28,166 nucleotides of DNA from Halalkalibacterium halodurans (GTDB lineage Bacteria; Bacillota; Bacilli; Bacillales; Bacillaceae_D): positions 1 through 28,166 of the forward strand of contig NZ_SNUY01000059.1 in NCBI RefSeq assembly GCF_004376175.1, written 5' to 3'. Position 1 is the first letter of the stretch. The number at the start of each line of letters is the position of its first letter. Shown piece by piece: positions 8,641 through 15,568 of this stretch. The notes beneath the pieces were generated by a model. It had not been told where the DNA came from. It searched no databases and saw only the letters and a list, made by a program, of their open reading frames with translations. Position numbers and translations under genes: made by a program.

Positions 8641-9420
8641 TAGTAGCTTAAATAAGTCACCAGATATACATAAAAAAAGCCACTTCTAGAGCGACCAAAC
8701 CATAGAAGTGACTCGTCATCCTGTGCGCCAACACAGGTTAATAGGTAGATTTATTATAACATTATATTGCTTGAAGGTAAATGGTAAATAAAACTATTTT
8801 GTTTATGTGGTTGCTTTTCCTTTACTTTTGAGCAGCTGTGTTATATGCGCTATCTTTTAACCTGTTTAGAAGATAGTGCTTTTTTATGTCTTGGTTAGCT
8901 TATTTGAGCTTGTGGAAGCCAAACCACAGAAGGAACGTTGGGAAACGTGCCGAAAAAATAGACAGGGTATGTCTTGACCATCGCAAACCAAGACTAGGAT
9001 ACTAGTAAATGCTCCCTGTTGCATTAAGTATCTGAATGGTGAAAGCTACCACTAAGTGCTGACGAAGGAGGGGTAGACGCCTTACGGGGCGTGTAGAACT
9101 ATCCGTAAGTAATCCATCATTTCTTTCCTCTGACCTACATAAAAGCTAGGATGAGGATTAAGTTCCCGAAAACGCCAAAGCGGTAAGGGAACAGGAATAG
9201 GATGAAACCACAAGGGCTACTTGCGTGTGTAGGATAGTTAGGACGGGAGTCCTGCGTTAACAGGGGTACACTGCGGATACCTCAGTAATCCGACGGATTA
9301 TGAGTTGATCGGTGTGTAGAACGTCTACTGCTTGCAAAGCTTTTTATTTTTTTAAATTGCTTTGCAGGTAGGCGTTCTGTGCCTTGCGTTGTCCTCGACA
9401 ACCTCTGGATTATGGCAAAA
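8640..9420 (+). ncRNA. candidate large structured non-coding element (RNA, Rep-less origin or ssDNA signal); identity unknown
   Basis: No ORF of 60 aa or more in any frame from 8300 to 9641. G+C by hand count is 31/60 in 9061-9120 versus 12/60 in 8341-8400. Many local hairpins including two GGGA (GNRA) tetraloops, and a 9-bp long-range helix (8888-8896 with 8986-8994). Strand inferred only from the internal + strand terminator. Confidence 0.4.
8847..8886 (+). terminator. rho-independent terminator inside the non-coding island
   Basis: GCGCTATCTT (8847-8856) pairs with AAGATAGTGC (8870-8879), 10 bp including one G-U, followed by T6 (8880-8885). Confidence 0.65.
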
Positions 9421-9665
9421 ATCTAAAACAATAGCAAGTATAAATCTTTAAATAAAAAGATGTTATAAACATACGGTTTTATGTATTTAATAGTATTCGT
9501 AGTAATTGTAGTGTTTGATAGGTTTACTACTTATCTTCAGTTTATGAATAAGAAGATGTAATGATACTCAATCCTGTATTAATTTTGGCTCTTCGGAATA
9601 AGTGGTTGTTACACTCTTGAGAGTATTTTATCAAAATAGTTTTGATTAAAAAGGAGAAGGTTAAA

Positions 9666-9869
9666 TTGTTTCCAGTTAATAAGAATAATATTGAAGTGAA
9701 AAGGTATCGTGAACATTTAAAACAGCAGGTAGAACGGTTCAGAAGTGTAGGAAAGACAGAGGAAGAGATTGTCTATTGGATAGAAAATGTATTAGATAAA
9801 GAAATTTATTTAGGTTACTTAAAACATTTGACTTTAAGTAACCTAAACTATATAATTAAGGTAACTTAA
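9666..9869 (+). CDS. hypothetical small protein
   Basis: AAGGAG at 9651-9656, then a TTG at 9666 in the frame of the 9642..9869 ORF. 67 aa, no family recognised. Confidence 0.4.
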   Translation: MFPVNKNNIEVKRYREHLKQQVERFRSVGKTEEEIVYWIENVLDKEIYLGYLKHLTLSNLNYIIKVT

Positions 9870-9888
9870 ATTATTGGAGGTTTTTTAT

Positions 9889-10467
9889 ATGTTTGTAATC
9901 CGCGGTAAAGACGGTCAAATTGTCACTAGTACAGCATGGGATGAAACGAATGGAGAAGAAATTCAGTACGAAACTTATGAGCAAGCTGAACAAGCATTGG
10001 ACGAATTGGAAAAAAGTTTGCCGAAGGATTTTTTCAAAATCGAAGCTACAAAATGCGAGCGTTGTGGTGGTCATGATGACCTTGCCATTATCCACGTCAA
10101 TGACGAAGCGAAGGCTTATTGTCAAAATTGCCGAGTAGAAATGTTTTCTAAAAAAAGAGCGGTCGGTCGTCCGTCTGGTGGAGTAACAAAAAAGGTATCG
10201 CTAACACTTCCAGAGAAAGAATGGGACTGGCTAGACGAACAGGCGGAAGGAAATCGGTCGCAATATCTTAGACGATTGGTTTGGGAAGCCCAATCAAGCG
10301 AAAATGAATGGAGCAATAACGCTTGTTTGGGTTATGCCATTCTTGGAGCAAAGAAATTAGGCATGAATGACGAGCAGATCGGCAAGCTAGTTCGTGCCAT
10401 TTATAGCGAATTTGATTGGAAAAGTGTCGAGGAAGCCAAAGACACTTACAATCAATCATCATTTTAA
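9889..10467 (+). CDS. zinc-ribbon plus ribbon-helix-helix DNA-binding protein (candidate plasmid regulator)
   Basis: GGAGG RBS with ATG at 9889. CERCGG...CQNC four-Cys ribbon, then KKVSLTLPEKEWDWLDEQAEGNRSQYLRRLV, a typical RHH strand-helix-helix. Terminator follows. Confidence 0.6.
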   Translation: MFVIRGKDGQIVTSTAWDETNGEEIQYETYEQAEQALDELEKSLPKDFFKIEATKCERCGGHDDLAIIHVNDEAKAYCQNCRVEMFSKKRAVGRPSGGVTKKVSLTLPEKEWDWLDEQAEGNRSQYLRRLVWEAQSSENEWSNNACLGYAILGAKKLGMNDEQIGKLVRAIYSEFDWKSVEEAKDTYNQSSF

Positions 10468-10481
10468 CGCTTTATAAGCGT

Positions 10482-10517
10482 CTCTGTTGCCTTTTTAGGC
10501 AACGGGAGGGTTTTTTT
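10482..10517 (+). terminator. rho-independent terminator
   Basis: CTCTGTTGCC pairs with GGCAACGGGAG (imperfect stem), followed by T7 at 10511-10517. Confidence 0.65.
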
Positions 10518-10840
10518 ATAAGGGGCAACCTCTCACAAAGGCGAGAGAGCCCCGTATGGCGTCTGTCAACGGTAAGAGGACTGTAGGGAGCATTAAGGAG
10601 TTGATAGACCCACTTCACCAAGACCCTCTTGGTGTGTCAAACAAGCCATTAGCAAGTAAAGTATTAAAGATATTAAGATTATTACTTTTAGTAATTTTAC
10701 TATTTTTAATACTTGTACTAATAACTTTTTGTTTGTATAATTATTGTTGGGAGGAAGTTTGCTATAGAGGGTTTAGAATATGGTACGTGAAATTTTAAAG
10801 TGACTCATTTTCAATCAGGAAAAAGAGAAGGGGGATTTAA

Positions 10841-11092
10841 ATGCTAAACGAAAGAAGATTATCCGAGATCCAGATTAATTTAAAGAAAACTGAGGTCATT
10901 ATAATTGATTGCGGGTTAGGGGAATTAACAGAGTATGATCGCACGATACTAACAAATAGAACTAAGCGAGATTTTAAATGGTTAGAGCGCGCACTTGAAC
11001 GTTATCCGAGTAAGTCTAATGTCAAATGGAATTTACAAAAAGCCAAATATCTATTATCCGAACTGGAGAGAAGTAGCTGTCAACTACTATAA
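10841..11092 (+). CDS. hypothetical protein
   Basis: 83-aa ORF with an AGGGGGA RBS-like tract 6 nt upstream. No family recognised. Confidence 0.45.
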   Translation: MLNERRLSEIQINLKKTEVIIIDCGLGELTEYDRTILTNRTKRDFKWLERALERYPSKSNVKWNLQKAKYLLSELERSSCQLL

Positions 11093-11125
11093 AATATGAT
11101 CGTACGATAGGAAGGAGTGATAAAA

Positions 11126-11293
11126 GTGGTTACAGAAGAACAAATTTTTCAAATTGAGACACAAGAATTTTTCGGAGAATTTATTGTTAGGAGAGTAAAT
11201 ATCACAGACCTTGAAGTGATTAAGGACGGGATAGTTATCTTTAAAGGTGAAGATTACGAAGTTGCTGAATTCATAAATGAAGAAAGAGGTTAA
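11126..11293 (+). CDS. hypothetical small protein (55 aa, below the ORF-track cutoff)
   Basis: AAGGAG RBS (11112-11117) then GTG at 11126. Reads VVTEEQIFQIETQEFFGEFIVRRVNITDLEVIKDGIVIFKGEDYEVAEFINEERG, stop at 11291-11293. Confidence 0.4.
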   Translation: MVTEEQIFQIETQEFFGEFIVRRVNITDLEVIKDGIVIFKGEDYEVAEFINEERG

Positions 11294-11297
11294 ACGT

Positions 11298-11510
11298 ATG
11301 AAGGTAAAAGAAGTAAAAGTTTGCCAAGCGAAAGATAAAATTTTTAACAACAAGCACGCTTTGATAATTGCTGAAAATGGGATGAAGTTCGTTTATTGGG
11401 TTCCTAAAGCTTCTATTGAAGGAAATATAGAACAATATAAAGAGGTAGCAAAAGAAGATTTCAAGAACGAACAGCAGGTGATAATTGGAAAGATACAATA
11501 CAATTATTGA
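11298..11510 (+). CDS. hypothetical small protein
   Basis: AAAGAGG RBS then ATG at 11298 (internal Met of the 11277..11510 ORF). 70 aa. Confidence 0.45.
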   Translation: MKVKEVKVCQAKDKIFNNKHALIIAENGMKFVYWVPKASIEGNIEQYKEVAKEDFKNEQQVIIGKIQYNY

Positions 11511-12130
11511 TGAATAGTTCGTAAAAATGATTTTGTAGAATTTATATTACTACAAACACTAAATCAAGTATTTTTACTACTTTTAGATTAATTACTATCT
11601 CATTGTGCTATGGGTAATAGGGGAAATTAAAAAATCTACGTACTTTTTGTGTACTTTTTAAGGACTTATTGTGACCTTACATAGTGTTAAACTTATAAGT
11701 GAGAAAGTCTTAAGAGGTATAACAAGAAAATAAGATTTTATAAAAAAGGTGGGGAATATATCCTCACCTTTTGCTTGATTAAAAAAAGAAGGGGAAAGAT
11801 AAAGGTTATGGAAGCTATGTATCTATTTTTTATGTTTGCTATTGCTTTGTTATCAGTTATCTTTTTAGACCTAGAACCAGCAACTGAACGACAAAGCGCA
11901 GTTTCGGTAAAAAATGGAAAAACTAATGTCAAGTTAATTTCAAAAGTTTATCGGGTAAGTCCGAGATAAGTCCAAAATCGGGCATAATCGATATAAATGT
12001 AAAGGCATTTTGTGGATTAAAATAAATCATTTGTAAATGTTTGATCAAATTGCATGAACGGGGCAGTAAAGTGCACTATTTTCTTTTGGTAAAGCTCTTC
12101 ACTTGCAGTCGGAAGGCCATAATCCCCTAA

Positions 12131-12169
12131 GGGGTATTTTTGCATATCCCCCCGAAAGGGTTTATTAAG
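12131..12169 (+). repeat. Tn3-family-type terminal inverted repeat (left)
   Basis: GGGGTATTTTTGCATATCCCCCCGAAAGGGTTTATTAAG has the GGGG...TAAG architecture of Tn3-family IRs. 21 of its first 22 nt match the reverse complement of 22679-22700. Confidence 0.7.
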
Positions 12170-12181
12170 AGAAAAAACAGC

Positions 12182-12233
12182 ACATGTCAAAACATTGACA
12201 TGTTTCAAAATAATACAAGTTGTTATTTTGAAA
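12182..12233. promoter_or_regulatory. two adjacent perfect palindromes (possible relic res or operator sites)
   Basis: ACATGTCAA-AACA-TTGACATGT (12182-12203) and TTTCAAAATAA-N9-TTATTTTGAAA (12203-12233). They lie just inside the IR and upstream of the resolvase relic. Confidence 0.4.
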
Positions 12234-12340
12234 CAAAAAACACACGGTTAACAACCTATTTCAAAAAGTATAGTTTTTGGTAATCTTACAGAGTATCTTT
12301 CCTCTACACTACCCCAAAACGGTCGTTTTTTTAAACAGGA

Positions 12341-12460
12341 ATGATTCATGCCGTTGAATTAGTAAATCTACGGATAAAACGGTCAAGGAGATATGTGCAA
12401 ATACAGGAGCCAGTCAGTTAGCGTGTTATCGTAGACTGAAGGAAATGGAACAAGATGTTA
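12341..12460 (+). pseudogene. relic of a serine-resolvase C-terminal HTH domain (truncated and frameshifted)
   Basis: Two frames read MIHAVELVNL and STDKTVKEICANTGASQLACYRRLKEME. Joined, they resemble the AVELY..GxSxxEIAxxxGVSxxTLYRxL tail of resolvases. No N-terminal catalytic domain is present. Confidence 0.4.
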
Positions 12461-12850
12461 AATTTCTACAGCTGGAAACTTTTGCACATTTCATCCATCA
12501 TTCCTCGAAGCGTTTCCGTACACCTAATTGGCCTAATAACAGCGTAGCTGTCATAGACCGCAATAAGGTTTAAAAAATTCCTATAAACACGTGAGCAGGA
12601 ACTTTTCGCATCAAAATACTTTCTACGGCTTGTACTCATTAAGTTCCTTTTCTAAGAATAAAATAGGAACTTTAAATCTTGAAAAATATTGGTATATCAA
12701 CCTTTTAAATTTTTAACATCTAATTGCGGTTAGTGTCAGCTATGCTGTCACTACCTTAGAGGTACCCAAATTGACTATCATGAGAGCAGTTTTAAGATTC
12801 AAGTGTATTAAGAATATTTTAGGGGTACTATATCCATGGAGGTGATAAAA

Positions 12851-12994
12851 GTGAGTATCGAAAACATTAATCAACAAGCAAAACGTATTGAAGAATGCTG
12901 TAACCGTATAATGACTGCCAATCCCTCAGATGAAGTTCGTCAACAAGTAAACGAAATTAAAGATTGCTGTAAAAACATTGAAAAAAATATCTAA
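12851..12994 (+). CDS. 47-aa helical protein with two vicinal Cys pairs (below the ORF-track cutoff)
   Basis: GGAGGTGA RBS (12838-12845) then GTG at 12851. Reads VSIENINQQAKRIEECCNRIMTANPSDEVRQQVNEIKDCCKNIEKNI, with an internal repeat I-E/K-x-CC-x-x-I. Followed by a 13-bp hairpin. Confidence 0.4.
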   Translation: MSIENINQQAKRIEECCNRIMTANPSDEVRQQVNEIKDCCKNIEKNI

Positions 12995-13010
12995 TTCCAT
13001 CATTCAAAAA

Positions 13011-13040
13011 CGAAACATCCTATTGGAGAATAGGATGTTT
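13011..13040. terminator. perfect 13-bp hairpin (T-run only on the minus-strand side)
   Basis: GAAACATCCTATT-GGAG-AATAGGATGTTTC. On the minus strand it is followed by GTTTTTG; on the plus strand it is not followed by a T-run. Confidence 0.5.
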
Positions 13041-13488
13041 CTAACTCCTCTACTTCCGTACGAAAACCATGAGAAGCACCGATATTGCATAAATTCTCCA
13101 TATTTCAATTCTATCCTTGTTCCTTTTCCAAATAGGGGTTGGCCGAAGCTAAACCTTAGCAATTTTTGCCGTCAAATTTCACATTGGCCTGAATTTAAAA
13201 CATCGATATTTTTCGATAGAGATATGACCGATAAAGCCATTAAGGACAGCACTGCTGTTTGAATCATATTAAAAAGAGGACTCGATGATGAAATTAACAA
13301 TAGTGATAGGGTTTCCGCGGCAGTCGATCCTATTAAAAGCGAAAGGACTGGATAAAGTACTGGCAAACAACAACAACAAAATGAAGTTGCTGTAAGGCTT
13401 ATGCTTGATCCGGTTACATTTCCGATTGCATGGAGATTCAACTTATTTTGTCGTTTCACTTTTAAACTATATAAATTGAATTTAATAT

Positions 13489-13977
13489 TTACATCTGAAC
13501 ACACAGGCGGTTTATGATCTTATCGGCATCTTTGTTGATATCTTCAACGAATTTTCTGACGTTTATTTTGATTTCCTGTACCTTTGAATAAAAGACATTA
13601 TTGATAATGGTTCCCTTCATCCACTTCCAAAGTCCTTCTATAAGGTTCAAATCTGGACTATACGGCGGAAGGAATACCAGTTCAAGTCGACTTTGGTTTT
13701 CTTCTAGGAAAGGCTGAATAAGCTTGGCATGATGGATCCTTGCGTTATCAAGGACCATGACGATTTTTCCTGAAGGATACTTACTAAGGACTTTTTTCAG
13801 GAATTCAAGGAAGACTTCCGCGTCATAGTTTTCTGCTTCGACTACAAAGACTTCCCCTGTCTCGTAATTCAATGTTCCGAGAAGCTTGGCACCTTGATGC
13901 TTCCCGTAGGTAGGGATTAACCTTTGTTTTCCTCTCAGAAACCATGAACACTGAAGGGCCTGGTAATCCCTAATCAT
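13489..13977 (-). CDS. IS630-family transposase, C-terminal DDE part (orfB frame)
   Basis: VMVLDNARIHHAK and LPPYSPDLNLIEGLWKWMK motifs. The same frame is open upstream through LLNEEIDHILFEDES, which carries the first catalytic Asp. Confidence 0.8.
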   Translation of the reverse strand: MIRDYQALQCSWFLRGKQRLIPTYGKHQGAKLLGTLNYETGEVFVVEAENYDAEVFLEFLKKVLSKYPSGKIVMVLDNARIHHAKLIQPFLEENQSRLELVFLPPYSPDLNLIEGLWKWMKGTIINNVFYSKVQEIKINVRKFVEDINKDADKIINRLCVQM

Positions 13978-14002
13978 GGACTCGTCTTCAAACAGGATAT
14001 GG

Positions 14003-14536
14003 TCAATTTCTTCGTTTAAAAGTTTTTTTTAGATCTGGAAATGTCTCGTTTTTGAACGTTTCCTGTTTTGCCTTATCTGCCTTTTTAAGTGTATAGTTCG
14101 GTCTTGTATGGCTTAGGCCAAGGTCTTCAAGAAGGAGGGAAACGCCACGAAGCGTATAGGTTTGTCCCCATTCACGTTGGATGAAGTCTGATATGATGGC
14201 AAGCGTCCAGTTATAATGGTTTTCATATCCTACATCATGTGGTGTTTTATACGCTACCACCTGAACGAGTTCATGTTCCTGGCTCTCAGTTAACTTTCTA
14301 GGCGCACCCGTTGGTAGGCCTCTTTCAAGCCCAGCCAATCCGCCTTTCTTGTAGGCTTTAATATAAGAGGAAATCGTCTTAGTAGAACGAAGAACAATCT
14401 CAGAAATATCCTTATGCTTGAAACCTTTTAGATAGAGGTGGACAACCTGGTAACGTTCGAACATGCGCCTGTCATTGGTATCCTTCATGGCTTCCATGAC
14501 ACAAAGATTTTCCTGTTGAGTAGTCAAGGTACTCAT
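14003..14536 (-). CDS. IS630-family transposase, N-terminal HTH part (orfA frame)
   Basis: Winged-helix/HTH-like N-terminus. It ends 5 codons after an A8 run (T8 on the plus strand, 14023-14030), where a one-nucleotide frame change fuses it to orfB. Confidence 0.8.
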   Translation of the reverse strand: MSTLTTQQENLCVMEAMKDTNDRRMFERYQVVHLYLKGFKHKDISEIVLRSTKTISSYIKAYKKGGLAGLERGLPTGAPRKLTESQEHELVQVVAYKTPHDVGYENHYNWTLAIISDFIQREWGQTYTLRGVSLLLEDLGLSHTRPNYTLKKADKAKQETFKNETFPDLKKTFKRRN

Positions 14537-14601
14537 CCTCCTAATTTAGGTTTTTCTATGCTATACCCTAAATTAGGTTAGTAGAATCTTTTAAGTTCAA
14601 C

Positions 14602-14832
14602 TTATATATATACAAATAATAAAACACTTATTGCCGTAAAACCTGACAAGGTAAGCATCATTAACAAAGCACCGATAGAAATTGCCCCAAAAAGATTAAT
14701 TGATGGAAGCCAAAATTCGATATTAGGCCAAAATGTTAATGGACCATAGTTTTCATAAAAACCAATAAAACCTGTTCTTGGTAGGGGAGGATCTTCCGGA
14801 TCTGGAGGTGAAACCCATCCTGATGCTAACAA
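14602..14832 (-). CDS. hydrophobic ORF, probably the 3' portion of a disrupted membrane-protein gene
   Basis: This frame stays open upstream to 14931 with no good start. Its stop lies inside the TATATA at the IS630 end. One clear TM segment. Confidence 0.3.
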   Translation of the reverse strand: MLASGWVSPPDPEDPPLPRTGFIGFYENYGPLTFWPNIEFWLPSINLFGAISIGALLMMLTLSGFTAISVLLFVYI

Positions 14833-14899
14833 ATAAAAAATACTATATCCAATTATTGAGAAAACAAATAAAATCCGATAAGAATTTATTTTTAATATA

Positions 14900-15319
14900 C
14901 TATGAAAGATGTTTGCTTGAAAATGGCCAAATCATACGCCAAAGTGAAAGTAATGCAAACGGCAGTACAAAATAACCTGTGTAAATCGAAATTTTATAAA
15001 TGACCATATTATTCCCAATAGAAAGAATATAGTTTTGAACACCAATAAGTAAAAACCATAAAAGAAAAGAAATTAAAACTGTAGTAGCGCGAATCACGTG
15101 ATGATACTCTTGTTTCATAAATCCAGAATAAATCGTTTTTGTCCATGCACCAATAGTGATAGCAGAGCTAAGTACTATGAGAAACCCGATAATCCATAAC
15201 AATAAATTATTCTTTTCATGATTTTCAAAACCATGTGCAGCTACCGGACTAGCTATAAATAATAAAGCAATTATAAAGATTGTTATTATACATAAATCAA
15301 CTTTTTGTGACTCTCTCAT
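14900..15319 (-). CDS. multi-TM membrane protein of unknown function
   Basis: GGAAGGGA RBS then ATG at 15319 (MRESQKV...). About four hydrophobic helices. No Cys pairs, so not an obvious mer transporter. Confidence 0.45.
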   Translation of the reverse strand: MRESQKVDLCIITIFIIALLFIASPVAAHGFENHEKNNLLLWIIGFLIVLSSAITIGAWTKTIYSGFMKQEYHHVIRATTVLISFLLWFLLIGVQNYILSIGNNMVIYKISIYTGYFVLPFALLSLWRMIWPFSSKHLS

Positions 15320-15568
15320 GATAAATTTCCCTTCCAAAAACATGTTAAAATATCATATATATATATTTTAACATTAAAATATTATGTTTTGAAAGGATTT
15401 AAATTTTAATGGGCTCCATAAATAAGCGGAGGCCATAAGTAGTTCATTTTTCGATCAAATTTAATCATCTACATAAATAGGTTTCCTTTACATGTGAAAA
15501 GGCATATCGCATTGGTGTGCTGCTTACGTTTAGCAGTTTCAGATATATATCGATGAAACGAATTTTCA

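Larger units (their letters stand above)
13468..14612 (-). mobile_element. IS630-family insertion sequence (about 1.14 kb)
   Basis: Imperfect terminal IRs, TATATAAATTGAATTTAATA (left) versus TATATAAGTTGAACTTAAAA (reverse complement of the right end), sit in TA-repeat context, so the ends are uncertain by about 4 nt. Encodes HTH and DDE halves typical of IS630. Confidence 0.75.

Noticed and set aside
9070-9109. A 40-nt string, GGGGTAGACGCC...CCGTAAG, begins with GGGG and ends with TAAG like a Tn3-family inverted repeat, and shares GGGGTAGA with the candidate IR at 27347.
   Set aside because: It is 40 nt rather than 38. It has no inverted partner and no adjacent transposition genes. It is better explained as part of the local hairpin set (ACGCC/GGCGT, CTTACGG/CCGTAAG). 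Treated as coincidence.
8723-9330. A group II intron was considered, because GTGCG (8723-8727, like the GUGYG 5' end and the GUGCGCC start of Ll.LtrB) precedes a long structured ORF-less region.
   Set aside because: The GTGCG sits inside a simple local hairpin (CCTGTG-CGCCAA-CACAGG). I could not find a domain V-like 34-nt helix with an AGC triad and 2-nt bulge: the best candidate, around AGGAC-GGGA-GTCCT at 9240, has only 3 bp of lower helix. There is no IEP/RT ORF or remnant. It should still be tested with covariance models.
10556-10798. An 80-aa ORF on the plus strand.
   Set aside because: It has no RBS. Its first part is hairpin-rich non-coding-looking sequence and its second half simply translates the TAGTA/TACTA repeat array into an L/I/V-rich string. 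Probably not a gene.
11775-11969. A 64-aa plus-strand ORF (a possible 53-aa membrane peptide from the internal ATG) and the antisense ORF 11738-11932.
   Set aside because: The RBS is weak, they overlap each other, and there is one hydrophobic stretch only. The evidence is insufficient to list either as a feature.
12017-12208. A 63-aa minus-strand ORF spanning the left Tn3-type IR.
   Set aside because: It starts inside the transposon palindrome region and reads through the IR into backbone DNA. It might include the 3' remnant of a disrupted backbone gene, but joining it to sequence beyond either candidate right end (22701 or 27348) gives immediate stops.
12978-13504. ORFs 12978-13262 (plus, 94 aa) and 13172-13504 (minus, 110 aa) lie between the small CC protein gene and the IS.
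   Set aside because: Neither has an RBS. The plus ORF runs through the 13-bp hairpin. The minus ORF starts inside the IS630 terminal repeat and has odd low-complexity composition (SSISLTATSFCCCC). It could be debris of the gene hit by the IS, but that is not supportable.
14778-14975. A 65-aa plus-strand ORF between the two membrane-protein fragments.
   Set aside because: It is antisense to the hydrophobic minus-strand frames and has no RBS. It is a shadow ORF.
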